Below, in pieces: positions 27,047 through 41,234 of a stretch of 64,000 nucleotides of DNA (position 1 is its first letter; each line of letters starts with the position of its first letter). The position numbers and the translations under genes were made by a program. Location of the stretch: contig NC_092673.1 of the NCBI RefSeq assembly GCF_964355755.1, forward strand, positions 14,232,948 to 14,296,947, given 5' to 3'. Below the pieces are notes generated by a model. The model searched no databases and had not been told where the DNA came from. It saw only the letters and a list, made by a program, of their open reading frames with translations. The stretch is from Antedon mediterranea. Lineage: Eukaryota; Animalia; Echinodermata.

Positions 27047-27062
27047 ATAGTTACTAGTCAAA

Positions 27063-27356
27063 ATGTATATATTAATGATTGAGAGAGCCCATCGAGACGG
27101 TCTAGGATTCCAAGGAAAGCCGCCCCATATACTCTTTAAAGTGCTATCATATGTTGACAAAGTAGCAATCCTCAAAAACCGACATAAACTCGCTAGTCCA
27201 GGTGCCTACATTATAGACGACCTAACCCGCACGGACAGGCAAGAAAAGAACAAGTGGAAGACCCAAGTTAAAGCCCTGTATGATCAAGGAATCAAGCTTA
27301 GGTTCAGAGCCGGGAAATGGCGTTCATCAACTGGTATCCCACATGCGTTTAAGTAG
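27063..27356 (+). pseudogene. Non-LTR retrotransposon ORF1 C-terminal part (L1-type RRM-CTD)
   Basis: IERAHR...PPHILFKVLSYVDKVAILKNRHKL...IIDDLT..R, located upstream of ORF2. Confidence 0.75.
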
Positions 27357-27692
27357 TAACCTGTTTGCACAATGATGAACTCTATCCAGCTTCATCTATC
27401 CAAGAAGAACTTTTTTTCCCTTGACTTTACATAATTATATCATTTTAAAATATGTAACATCGTTTTTCCGTTAGCTGTTCATTATTACTATATTACATCG
27501 TATTATTATATCGGGAGCTCCTGTTTTAATTTGCTCCTGTTTTAATTTACTTCTGTAAATGCACTCTTATCATATCTTGTTTTTTTGTATTGTTTATGTA
27601 CTATTATTATTGTTATTATTTACTATATTGTTTCCTATTACCATTTACTTTATATTCAGTGATGCTTCTCAAATTGTTAAATCGCTGTCTAA

Positions 27693-30130
27693 ATGATATC
27701 TGAGAATTATTTTTGTCATCTCCCATTCCATGATTTTATTATAGATTCTGATATTATTAACCATAGTGATATATCTAACATTATTATAAACCCCCTTGCT
27801 CATACTGAATATGATAAATTTGATGAACATTCTGAGCCTCTTGCCAACCAATTAAATTCTAGAAATTCGACACTCGAGGATTGTATATACTATGACACTA
27901 ATCATTTTAATACCACTTTTAGAAATGTTTCAAATTCCCTAATTTCTCTCTTTCATGTTAACATTAGAAGCGTTACAAATAAAACTGATTCCCTTGAACA
28001 ATTTTTAAATTCAATTAATTTAAAATTTTCTATTATTGGTCTCTCTGAGACGTGGTTGAATGACACGTCACCTACTCCCCTCTTGCATAATTATTCATTT
28101 ATATCTAAAAATAGGCAATCTGGTAAAGGTGGTGGCGTAGCTTTTTTCGTAAAAAACGATCTTAATGTTAGAGACCGTCTTGATCTATCGATTTCTCAAC
28201 CATATGATTCCCTTTTTCTAGAAATAGTACATCCTAATAAAAAAAATACAATCGTTGGTGTAATTTACCGTCCTCCAGATGGTAATATTGATCATTTCTC
28301 CAAATCCTTCGATGAACTCTTAAATAAAATAAATTCTGAACATAAACCCTGTCATATCATGGGCGATATAAATATTGATATCATATAATATCAAAATCAT
28401 ATTCAAACTAATAATTATATTGATATGTTACTTTTTCGCTCATTTTATCCAACAATTTCAAAACCTACTCGAATCACACCGACTACCGCCACCTTGATTG
28501 ATCATTTTTACACAAATATTATTGATACAAAAATACATTCTGGTGTATTTATTTTTGATATATCCGACCACCTTCCTATCTTACATATAGTAGATGAAAA
28601 ATTATACCATACTGACACCGACAATGTACCATCTCGTATAATAGATATTGATGCTTTGTGTGGTGATTAAATATATTAAAAATAAATATAATGTATCAAA
28701 TAAAATGATAAAAGTATATACAAAAATTATAAAAATATGTACACTAAACTCTGTCGAACCGCCAAAAGAATGCATTATATATCAAAATTTCAAAATGTAA
28801 AATGTAACCTTAAAAAGACCTGGGCTATAATAAATTCTGTATTAAGACCAGAAAATCAAAACAATTTCCCATCCCTCATAAATAACGGTTTTGAAACAAT
28901 TACATCAACTAAAGAAATATGCGATTCATTTAATAAGTAGGCCTACTTTTCAACAGTTGGTTCAAATTTAAATAATTCTATGCCTGACCCTCATATTGAC
29001 CCAATCTCATATTTACCAAATCCAATTTCTCAATCCTTTTTTATAAATCCTGTTACAAAAGAAGAAATAATAATTATTGTCAACAATTTAAATCCAAATA
29101 AAGGATCTGGTGACGATAATATCACTTCACGTACAATCAAACAAATACTGCCGTACATAATTGACCACCTTACCTACTCTATAAACTGTTCATTCTCATC
29201 TGGTGTATTTCCAAATTTATTAAAAATAGCTAAAGTTTTCCCAATCTTTAAGAAAGGTGACAAGGGCCAAGTTAAAAATTACAGGCCTATCTCCCTTCTT
29301 AGTGCTTTTTCCAAGATCTTAGAAAAACTCATGCACCAGCGACTCTATGATTACCAAGTTACTAAATTCAACATTCTTTATACTCACCAATATGGCTTCC
29401 GTCATAACCATTCCACATCCCATGAAATTCTGGATCTTGTTAACAACATCACCTCATCTCTTAACAATAAACAATTTTTACTCTCTGTTTTTATAGACTT
29501 GTCAAAAGCTTTTGATGTCATTAATCATAAAATTCTTCTTGGTAAATTATTTAATTATGGCATTAGAGGAATTGCATTAAACTGGTTTGAAAGTTATTTA
29601 GTAAACCGTAAACAGTATCTTGCGTTAGGCTCATTTAAATCATCAGTGAAGGCTGTAAATTGCGGAGTGCCTCAAGGGTCGGTTTTAGGACCACTACTAT
29701 TTTTAATTTATGTAAATGATCTTTCTAGATCAAGTGACACTCTGAAAGTCATATCCTTTGCTGATGATACTACGATTTTGTTTTCTCATTCTGATATCAA
29801 TGTCTTATATAACACCGTCAACACTGAACTAAATAAAATGACTGACTGGTTCATCTCAAATAAGCTTATTGTTAATGTACAGAAAACTAATTACATTTTA
29901 TTTCGTACTCAACAAAGACAAATTGATTTCTCTAATCTTAATATTTACATTAACAATAATATTATTGAACGTAAACCCGAAGTACTATTCCTCGGAGTTT
30001 ATCTACATGAATACTTGAGATGGACCAGTCATCAAGCGTATGTATCTAAAAAGATATCTAAAGTAAATTGGCATCCTTTGTAAATTAAGACACTTTTTTC
30101 CACAACATATCTTACTCTTGTTATATAACA
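27693..30130 (+). pseudogene. CR1/L2-clade ORF2 (APE endonuclease plus RT), disrupted
   Basis: NIRS, GLSETWL, GGGVA, IYRPP, GDINID, SDHLP; RT motifs NYRPISLL, QYGFR, DLSKAFD, GVPQGSVLGPLLF, FADD. Contains stops and a deletion. Confidence 0.92.
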
Positions 30131-30453
30131 CCCTTAGGCGTCATGTCAAAATGTTTCAAAACGATAATTATGCGTGAAACGCGGTTCAGATTTCTTTGAC
30201 CGTTTAACGCGTTAAACGTCTTAATCAAGCTCATTAATTGTACTCATTAAATATTCAAAGCTTAGGACCGCCTACTATTACGTCGGTAAAAAGACGCGAT
30301 TAACGCGAACATCGCGGTTCAATGTACTGTAATACTATTTTGAAATCGATTTTGCGTCGAACACAACGATAAAAATGCGTTTTTAGGGTCAGGTCCTATG
30401 ACAACAAAGAAATCGGCTGATAATGTAGACCTATTCCCCGGTCTATACATATA

Positions 30454-31412
30454 TATGGAAAGCCAAACCCGCCAAAAATACATAATACATACCATCCACC
30501 AATAATTAATTCGTACAAAATTCAAACCATCCAATATTATCTCATGCAGTTCAATGAAAACTTAAACCATTCACCTAGTATCTACACCATCCAATATAAT
30601 GTGTGACCATCTATCACTAGCCCAAACGACAATACGCCGAACAAACTACCCATAACACAAACCATCTAAAGAATGTTGAGCCCAGGCAGCAATAATTGAA
30701 TTAATCTAACGTTAATACAAGTATATATTAGTCAACTCATTTATCAACATTTCATGTAGTTCATGAACATTTCAAACAAAGCATCTTAATTATAGTTCAT
30801 CGAATTATAATTCTAATACATTGCCTGTTTTATACACCGTTCGTCTGTTCAACAGTTGAAACAACTGTTTTGCACACGATACGCCCGTTCGTGAGTTCAA
30901 ACCATGATATTTGAAGCATCGACTTTCCAAACAGCGATTTTTCGCACCGAACGTATTTTCTTGAGTTAAAGTGGTTGCATTTCAATCACTTACTTTTGAT
31001 TGGCCAGTATTACACACCGTTCGCTTGTTCGTGATTTCAAACCATGATATTTGAAGCATCGACTTTCCAAACGGCGATTTTTCGCACCGAACGTATTTTC
31101 TTGAGTTAAAGTGGTTGCATTTCAATCACCTACTTTCGATTGGCCAGTATTACACACCGTTCGCTTGTTCGTGATTTAATGTGATAACATTTCATTCGAC
31201 AACTTTTCAAACGTTAGCTTTTGGCTCCGCTTACGTATATATCAGTTGATATACTATTTTTTAATTTTCATACTTTTTATACATCAGTTTTGTACATCAT
31301 TCGCATTTACGCATGTAAAGTGTAGATATTCCACTCGACAAGTTTTAAAACGGTAGTTTTTGTTTTATTGTTTAATTGTAACTGTTGGCGCCGATTTTAT
31401 ATTGGGGTGGGG
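30454..31412 (+). repeat. Left TIR (~960 bp) with an internal 140-bp tandem duplication (about 30887-31177)
   Basis: Reverse complement of about 42604-43575 with few differences. Confidence 0.95.
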
Positions 31413-31439
31413 GGGGGGGGAGGTGTTCGGTACTGAATG

Positions 31440-32916
31440 CATAGTTGCCATTTCTGGCATTATTATGCTTTTTGGCATTATTTAGAGGCCCACGGCATCT
31501 GGCATAATGCCGCGGCATTATTTAGCCGTTTTTAGCATAATCTGGCATAATTTTGTGTTTTTTGAACAACCAAAAAAATAATATACCACAGAACAAAAAT
31601 AAAATATTTTGTTAATCTTGCAATTTAATACATATTATCACCTTACAGTGTACACAATATCATATCGTACAAAACAGATCAGTTCGGGTTTTCCGTACAA
31701 TAGTTCTTCCATCCTTTTGTTTCGGACTTAAATAGATTCTTCGGATAGGAAGGCTGCTCGAAAACTACCGTGTGTGCGATATAGGCAGCACAACAAATCC
31801 GAAGAGGCTAGCTATTGGCCAATTATGTTGCTCTATTTCAGAGACCATGCAGGTTATTGGATCCCCAGATATAGAGACAATTGAACGAAAACATTATGAA
31901 AGGGGTTTTGTTGTTTCAGTTCATAATTATAAGTGGCCGCACCCCTACCCCAACCCTTGAAATGGCAATTTCCAGTAACTAATTAGAAGCTCTAATTTTA
32001 AAAAGAATTTCTTCTAGGAGAATTTGTTTTCCATATTTCAAATTATGTTCCATCCATTTGCATCGTCGTACCAACCCTATTTTTTCAAATGTTCTTCACC
32101 TCTCAGCCCCAGTAGTGACCATGAGGGCGAGGTAATTTTTATTTAAAATTAAGTGCCATTTCCGCCCATCGAGCAGCTCTATTTTTCCATTTTTTTTTAC
32201 CTCAGCCTCATGGAGACACTTAATATATATTTTTATTTTCTATTTTAAATTATAATTGCCATTTTCAAAACTATGATGGGCTAAGATCCTGGAGGTACTA
32301 ATAAATATATTTTTATTTCATATTTGAAATTAAGTGCCATCTCCGCCCATTGAGCAGCTCTATTTTTCCAAATTTTCTTACCTCAGCACCAGCCATGGTG
32401 GAGCTGAGGTCCTGGAGACACTTAATATATATTTTAATTTCCTATTTTAAATTATAATTGCCATTTTCTAATTATGGTGACGTGGGCTAAGATCCTTTCA
32501 TATTTGAAATTAAGTGCAAATATCGAGCAGCTCTCATATTCAGCTCAAAAATTCTAAATTTCCATGGCTGTAACAGGTTTTTTTTTGGGGGGGGGGGGGG
32601 TGGGGGGTGGGGGGGGGGGGGGAGAAGGGTTCGTGGGTTGGTGTTTGTGTCATTTGCAATTACCATTTTCGCACCCCAGATATTTTTAGAATTATTAGTT
32701 ATTACTCACAAAACTAAAAATACAATTTTTGAACGACAGGGATACAATTTAGGCCCTATTTTGTGTCAGTTGGGGTTTTACAAACGTTTATTAGACATAC
32801 AACCGTTGGTGGCACTGTTTAGGACCACATTTTGGGGATCTGGCATTATTTTTCCCAATCTGGCATTATTTGAGACAGGATACGGCATAATTTAAATTTT
32901 ATCGCTGGCAACGCTG
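31440..32916. mobile_element. Non-autonomous hAT-type element nested in the IS3EU
   Basis: TIRs CATAGTTGCCA / TGGCAACGCTG, perfect 8-bp TSD ACTGAATG (31432-31439, 32917-32924), subterminal GGCAT(A/T)AT motifs and internal ~180-bp repeats at 32146-32530. Confidence 0.85.
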
Positions 32917-33157
32917 ACTGAATGTGAACAGTACACATTTTTAAATATGGTACCTCTACATGTCCGGAAATTACACTCTCTCAAAAAAGGGGTTTTTTTT
33001 CCGTAGTGTGTAATATTAAATCAACCACAACCACAACCGTAAGATGAGAACATTTTAGGAACAATGGACATGTTATGCCCTGAAATTGTACTCATTAAAA
33101 ATATTCCAGCTAGAATAAAATGTATAGTCCCCTCTCATATTCCCAAAAGTCTTTAAC

Positions 33158-35963
33158 ATGGCGTATGTTCCTATTGCTATTGCTTTGCAAGAAATCTGTC
33201 AAACACTTGAACAGTATGTGAATGGTAACATTGATAGAAATCTATTAATGCCACTCCCAATGCGACTGGAGGTTATTATCGAAACGATAATCGGGCATGA
33301 AAATATCCGGTTAGAGGTAATCGATAATCTTGTAGCGAGTAAAAGAGCGATAGAAGAAGTCATTGGCCCAGGCCAGGTAGGAGACGAACATCCCACTACG
33401 GACTCTGCCATGATTCACACTGGCAGACCAGGACGGGCAAGATTTGTGATCGGGCGTAGTCAGCTGCAGTTCTTTGTGGGTGCGTATTATTTTTAGGCCT
33501 CCTAGGTTTTGGGCCTAGGCCTATGTATCATTATCTACTTTAATTATTTCTTGTCTTTGGTAAAGTGGCTACCATCGAAGTAAGTAATTCATTCATTAAA
33601 TTAAATTCGTGTTTCGGAAGCCATCTTCTTCTTGAAGAGAGTGGCAAACAGTCGTAACCAGCCGAGCCTTAAAAACAATTATTTTTTGTTTTTTACGCTC
33701 GGCTGATCATGGTTGTTTATCATCTTTGTAAGATAGTAGCACGAACATAGTGTGTTTAATACAAATTTAAAGTAGGCCTAACGACCTTTACTTTTATGTG
33801 AAACAAATTTTGTAATTTAAATATTAATATATTGCATGACAAAAGGTAGGTAGGTTGCATGATAGGTAGGCCTACTGTATTATTTTTTTTTAAATTATTA
33901 TGAGGCTCTTGCAATAATAAGCATGTAGAGTCTTTTTTCTCTCGAAAATATTACCTTACAGTACAGTACTTTGAATTATTTCTTAGAATTTTCTAGCCAA
34001 TATATTATCCAATTCCCATATAACAATTTAGTATTAATAATGAACAAAATTTGGTGTTTTTGTAAACCTAATATTTTACTTTCCGTTCAGTCTTCTCTCC
34101 ATAGTCAGTTATTTTCATTTACTTCGTAGACAACAACTTTACTGTTCAGGACATGAGTAAAATGTTTTCTGTAAGTAAAAGAACGATAGAAAGGAGGCTA
34201 CAAGAATACAACATGACAACAAGAAACTACACAGATATTTCTTCCGAGTTTCTAGACGCGCGTATTGGCATGATAACCATGAATTTTCCAAGATCAGGTA
34301 GGTATTTAAAATATACAGAATGGCTTGTTTTGTTACGCGACGGACTTTAGAATAGAAGAAGTACTCCTTCGACATGATAAGCATACAAAATAAGGATTAT
34401 TTTTTGAAAGGTTGGGTTAGATACGATGATCGCATCATTTATTGATGGGATGGGATTCTTTCTAAATGATAGAGAGTAGTACCACTGTTTGTAGCGGTAG
34501 CTATTTGCATAGTTTGCTTATTTGTTTTTCTTTATTCATCATTTCATCTTAACACTAGGACTTAAGTCAATTGAGGCTCATTTGATGAAAGACGGCATAC
34601 GAGTACGAAGAGAAGCATTGCGAGATTCTGTCAAAAGGGTTGATCCCGTTGGGCGTCATTTGCGGTCTCTGCGTTGCATACGCAGACGAGTTTATTCAGT
34701 GCCATCTCCGTTGGCTCTGTGGCACATAGACGGGAATCATAAACTAATAAAGTAGGTCTACACGTTTACGATATGTTATGATCAAAACAGATTCGTAGGC
34801 AACCCGACGCAGATATGAAAAATGATAATGTAAATGTAAGAAATTTACATTTTATGATACAATAACATAAAAGTATTTTCAGTTTCCTTTATAATTGTCG
34901 TATGTTTGATTCTACAGATGGAGGTGTGTGATTCATGGAGGTATTGATGGTTATAGTAGAGCGATAGTGTACCTAAAACTCAGTACAAATAACAGGGCAT
35001 GCACGGTTCTAACTTGTTTCCAGGAAGCTGTCAGAAAATGGGGATTGCCGTCGAGGGTGAGAGCGGACAAGGGGATCGAAAATGTTGATGTGGCTCGCTT
35101 AATGTTGAACCACCCTTCTAGAGGACCAGGCAGAGGTAGTTTTATTACTGGAAAAAGTGTTCATAACAGCAGGATTGAAAGATTGTGGAGAGATGTATTT
35201 GAGGCTGTTATATGTTCCTGGCGCACATTCTTTAGCAGTTTGGAAACCATGGGTTGTTTGGACCCAGATAACGAGGCGCATATTTTTATTTTACATTTCA
35301 TTTATGTACCCATTATTAATAGTATGTTGATGGATTTCCAACTGATGTGGAACAACCACAAACTGCGGACCGAGCACAACAAAACCCCAAATCAATTGTT
35401 CATAATGGGTATACAAAATATTGCATCCGATGCAAGCATCATAGCGTCTGAGTACTTTGAAGCCATACCAGAGGTAACGTGGAGTTGTATAAATTAAAGT
35501 AATAAATAAAACCTTCATTTTATACGGTATTCTTGGATTTAGAATGTAAGGCGAACGGATGTTCGTATAATTTGTTTGTCGTAACAACTACGTTATTATA
35601 AACCTGTAACAAAAACTGTTTTAAAAATAGTCTCCCCGACACACACATTATACGTGAGAAACTACTTGTATAGTTAGCCGTTACCGTACACATTTTAATT
35701 TTACCGTGTCTTGTATGATCTACCTAATCTTCTTTCATTATTTTGGCTTATTGTAGGAAAGTGTTCAGCAGTATGGTATAGATCCAAACTCACCCCTTCC
35801 AGAAGAAAATGATGGTATAGTTGTCCCTGACACTGCCTGTCCAATGAATGATGAACAACTCTCTTTATTTAAGGATGAAATAGACAATGCGCTAAATAAT
35901 GCAGTTGATATTTGGGATGCAACTCCTTATTTACGAGGCTTAGATATTGTTTCTGAATTTTGA
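33158..35963 (+). CDS. IS3EU DDE transposase (integrase core), 5 exons, ~481 aa
   Basis: Exons 33158-33479, 34130-34297, 34559-34751, 34918-35473 and 35757-35963 join with GT-AG sites in phase. HTH-like [13 protein letters not shown]; catalytic [17 protein letters not shown] and SRIERLW. Confidence 0.9.
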
Positions 35964-36767
35964 TGAGTAATAATGACTATTGTGAATGTTTAAAATAGAA
36001 AATTATCATAATGCATATATTAATAATTTGGTTGGCATTTACACTTTAGTATTGGAAATCAGGCTGTGTGAATATCGATTGTTTTGAAAAACAACTTATT
36101 CTCAAATGAATGTTAATGTTTTTATTAGTTAATTATATTAGGCCTAAAAATATCTGTGTAGATTGGGGATAGAGAGAGAGAGAGCATGTTGCACAATTTT
36201 ACTGATTGGTGTATTTAATGACTGCCTTAATTGTTAATTAACAACAAGTTTCTTTAATTGTTAAAGAAAAACGTTTATTGCCATTAAATTGAAAAGGTTA
36301 TTATATGTCCTAAAATCAATACCGTAGTCAACATATGATTTGCTTTAACATTTTTTCTACTGATGTGTAAACTAAATATGTTTGTTGAAAATAATGTTGT
36401 ACTTAATGTTTCAAGAACTGCCGACACTAAAATGTTTAGAATCAAATATTATATTTCATTTATTTAGATCTACCCTGTACAGGGGGTTTAAGAACTGGTA
36501 TGCCTAATGTTTAAAACGGAAATAATATGAAAACGTATTAGCTCATAACAACCCTTTCAACCATCGCTCATCTTCTTCTGTCATATATCTTTCCGTTATG
36601 TAAATACAAATTACCACCACTCTTTCTCAACGGTCACCTCCTCTATCCACTCTCCATGTCCTAAATTGAAGCATTATGGATTTTGCTCTGTGATTGAACC
36701 AACCCATATCTACAGTAGAAAACTTTATTTAAAGTATGTCACTTGCTTTGTTCTGACCCACTTAGGT

Positions 36768-39700
36768 CTACACATTACCAAAAAACTGTTGAGAAAATGC
36801 CAAATCATACATATTGAACAGTGTGTCTTTTGGCGGCAGACTGCATGTTAAACCTGGCCGTGGAAGTTGCATACTGTTAATACACGTGTTGGCAGACGGG
36901 AGAAAAGAACCTGCTGTTTCTGTAAATACTATTTGTGGATGGAGAACAAAACCCAACACTGGTTCTTCATCCGTTCCGGTCACAAACTGCAACAGATGAC
37001 CAAGCGTCAGGTGACCTCTTCTACCACCTATGAAAAAGAGAGGTAAAAGTCAAAACAAATCAAGTCATAACAAAACCCTTTTAGCCATCGCATCAGTAAG
37101 TGACTTGGCTTAAATGCTTTGAATAGTTTTAACACTGCATGTTCTGATATGAATTAAAAGTAATGAGGTTTAAGAAAATTTGAAAAATGTCGGAGTAAAG
37201 CGAATTTATTTTGGTATGTTACGGTTATTGCTCTTTTTTGCCATTTTAGACACTGTTATTATATGGTTTGCGACGGCAACAACAAATACTTCACTTGTAT
37301 AGCGGACACATCCACTACAAGTGTGCTCAATGCAATATTCCTTTATTGTTTGTTTATTGTTTTCCACACATAATAAACTTAAAGTTAAATTGTACTAAAC
37401 AAAAAGTGACTTCAGAAATACACATAAATAAAAAAGGGTAAGTGTGTGGAAGCCAAAATAAGCTTGAGAACTTTAGGGCATGGCCACCGGTTAAAATAAG
37501 GGTTTAAACAAATAATGGATTGCATTATGCTACAGTAGGGCAGAAAAAGGAAAATATACGAACAGACAGTCTGTGTTTTTCTATAACTTATAACTTACTA
37601 GCAACCTCTCTGACGTAGTCCAGAAATTGGGCATATACAGAACTTTCAAATATCTTAGTGTTTGAGCCATCGCTGCCTTTAAAAGATGGCTTCAACAATT
37701 CTTTCATCTTTTTTACAGATAATAGTGCTGCAGGGCTGGGTCGAAAAAGATGAACAAATGTTGGTATGTGACAACAAAGCTATAGAAAATAATTAGATAA
37801 AATGGTAGACAAGTGAATTGAATTTACAATTTTCAGTTGATCATTGAACGCATTACATTATTGTTTCAAGCAGAGATGAAGCATTATAGTGATTGGATCT
37901 GACGTATGCATATCATTGTGCATTGTGTTTTAGTTACTTATTTAAAGATATGGATCAGAAGCTTAAACTGGCAGTAACTGGTTTTGCGCTCTGTATATGT
38001 ATATTGTAGCAGTACTGTACGACATACCTGATATATCCCCAACTTTGCGAGTCCCTTTCTTAAATTGGTTATGCACTCAGAAGGAGCACTGCTGTTGACG
38101 AGTTCGTCGATAAGGTCACTGTGCATGAATTGTGGCAATTTGCCATTCTGGACGATACTCATAGCTGTTAAAAGATAACCATTTTTAAATACATTAAATC
38201 ATTATAACAGTACCGTACTAGTAAAAAGAAACAAAATAAAACATACGGTATAAGGCTATTAGGAACCAATTTGGTGAAAACAATTGTTGCATTTACACGC
38301 CACGTCACACGTCAAGGAACCTCAAATAGCACCGTGAATCGCGTGATTTTATTGTAAGTAGACATTGAAAACCTACCCATTATTATGCCGATGTAGTAAT
38401 ATTCCTCGGGAACGTGTTCTTTCATACCGTTATCAAAATAACCATCTTTTATTGCTCTTAAAGCCAACACAAAAAATTCTTTCCTCGGGCCGCCATAATC
38501 GGCTGCTCTCTGTGTGTAAGATATGAAATTACTGTATAGCAACACGGTTAACATCTCATTTTAACTAAAATGCTTTGAATATATTCGATTAGTTTTTACA
38601 AATTCAATTGTTTTTTTTTATTATCATTGTATTTCAAAAGGTTAATTTTATTTATTACAATAAAAATGTATTTAATATACCTCATCATAGAATTGCACTT
38701 CCAGTGTTTTGCGGTAGTCGGCCATATCCCTAATTTCCGAAAAAGCAGTTGCAAGCACATCTTCTCTATTAATCATAATAAAATTTGTTTCCCCTTCGAT
38801 TACCTCTGCTTCATCTTCTATCTCTAGTGGTCTTCCTGAAACAATAGCTTTTTGGTAATAACGTAGCACTTCTACAGGATTCCCATTAATGTTGTGGGTA
38901 TTGCAGTAATTCACGGTATCTTTGACAATTGTTTCAATAGTAGTAAGAGCAGGTTCTCGTTCGTTACGTTCTGGTTCGTTAACAAACTAAAAATAACAAT
39001 TATTTTTGTAAATGATGATACTCATCAAAACCGAAAGCTATAGTACATACTCTTGCAATAATACATAACTTCTATTATAACATAGCTAGGTAGCTTATCT
39101 TTTTCACTGAAATCGCACTATGTTTAGTTTTTTAGTTCTAAAAGTTGTTTATATAATTATATTTAAATAATGAACTAGGAACTAGCTTCACAGACATTGA
39201 ATGAGTAGTGCCTACGTACAATGTTTTCAACAATTTCTAAGTCTAAGTTCTGTTCTGTTCTGTTCTGTTCTAAGTTCTCGGAGGCCGGTATTGGTTCGGT
39301 GGCCGGTATTGTTTCGGTGGCCGGTACTTCATGTAGTCCCGGTTCCAGGTCACTGTCTGAACTTGAATCTTCGTTCTGGGGTTCAATAAGAGAAGATAAT
39401 GTACAGTAATATTGCGTGGTCGAGTGAAAAAAAAGTTGTTAGCCTAAATTATGATAGAAATATTCAAATTAAGCATTTTGTTATGTTAAAAATGTATTAT
39501 ACAAATCAAATAAAAAAAGGAGAATATTGATAATATCTGAAAACCGGTAATTACCGGCAAGTCCGTATCGGGAAAATTGATTTTCAATTCTCGTTTCTGA
39601 AAACTGAAACTGATTACCAATACTACTTTCTTCTCTTTCACAGGTAATTACCATGCAATATTTGATGTGCACTTTCATGTTCTTCATGGAAATGTTGGCC

Positions 39701-41234
39701 CTACAATTTAAACATTTTTCTCGGGCTTCCACTAATGGTATTTCTGCCTCCGGTATATCCCGCTGCAATGGGCGAATGTATAATTTTCCAGAACCAAATG
39801 TTCTAAGGTCTTGAACTTTACATGGCCCGTAATGGACAACAATCAGTTTTTTGCGATCACCTGTTGTTATCTCAAACCCTCCGCAATTTGCAAGCAACGG
39901 AAATGTTCTACAAAAACAAATTAAAAATAAATATGTAGAATTTTGTTCTCATTTGCAAACTGTCATAAGCATCATCATCATAGTTGATTATTTTCTCTTT
40001 AACAAACAGTATTTTGGCAAAATCACCACAGAAAACATTTCGATGTGAAAACATTAGAAAAATTATTTTACTTAAATACCAGGTTGCAAAAATCGTCTTG
40101 ATTGCCTTCCGCTGGAAACACAATTTTCTTCTCGCCATAGCCGTTATCTTTCAGTTTTCGACGTTGGGCTACAGTAGGAACAGTTTCCATTTTGTGTTCC
40201 ATGAGGCATACTAAAAATCTTGTCAATGTTCTTCCTAAAAAAGGATAAAATATCTTATAAAAACCATCTTTTATTAATAATCATTTCGGTCAATTAAGAA
40301 GATAAGACCTCCTTGTATTATTATTAGGCATGTTTTTTGGTTAAATAGCAAATTTTGTTACATGGGCTAATTGTTGGAGGTTAGCAAATATACAGATATG
40401 TTAGGAAATACATAACATCGTTATTCTTTTTATTATATGTTTAATAAAACTGTTAACATTTCAACTTTATATAAAAAACATACACCAATAAACCTGATTG
40501 GCAGTATTATCCGAACTCAACTATAACATGACGTAATAACTGTACCGACCTAAATACATTACACACGACAGCTTCTAAACTCTCATTGTGAAAATACAAT
40601 TAAAATTGATGCGATAAAACAATTAGCATCGTACCTTTTCCAGATGGTTTACTACTGGTACTGTTGTTGCTATGACCCCTGTTATATGGGGTTTGTCTCT
40701 GAAATAATATTATATGTACACAGTGATAAAAACTCGTTCAAAATGTTAATTTTACTTGTAATACAAAAAATATATGATGTTTTACTGAACGGCCAGGTAA
40801 GTCTCCAACAAAATTAATAAAAATGTGATGGACAACATGTTAAAATGTGGCACCATTGTATTGAAAATTATTTAAACTGGATTGGTACAGGCGCGGAGCC
40901 ACTTAATAAGCTATCTATCGGTACAATAGTAAACGATTCGGGTGCCAAGAAGAAGGGGGTTTAGTAACATGATGCAACTTACATAATTTCGATTGAACAG
41001 TCGTCTGTGTTCACTCGCAATACTTTGGTCTCTGCTAGGCGTACTGCTGGTGCTAGCACTGGAACTCAACGTAGATCTACTACTAGGCCTACTAGTACTA
41101 GCAGCATGACTAGTGGTTGTAGTAGTACTAAGCTCACTACTACTATTGGAAATGGTAGCAGACGAAGGAGTGTTTGTGATAGAATTTGCTAACCCCTGCA
41201 GCACCTGCAAAACACTACGTAAATCATCTGACAT
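36768..41234 (-). CDS. HECT-domain E3 ubiquitin ligase (G2E3-like HECT), 10 exons, ~635 aa
   Basis: Exons 41234-40983, 40698-40635, 40234-40072, 39907-39652, 39375-39220, 38986-38681, 38509-38377, 38164-38028, 37779-37599 and 37027-36768 splice in phase without stops. Motifs LEVQFYDE-RAADYGGPRKEFF, LLQFVTG, catalytic LPSANTC and a terminal FFGNV. Confidence 0.88.

Noticed and set aside
33158-35963. LTR-retrotransposon integrase or bacterial IS3 contamination
   Set aside because: It has spliceosomal introns, no RT or LTRs, and long TIRs, so it is a eukaryotic DNA transposon.
36768-41234. Calling the HECT gene host G2E3
   Set aside because: It has no PHD/RING N-terminus and is enclosed by TIRs and a TSD, so no gene symbol was assigned.
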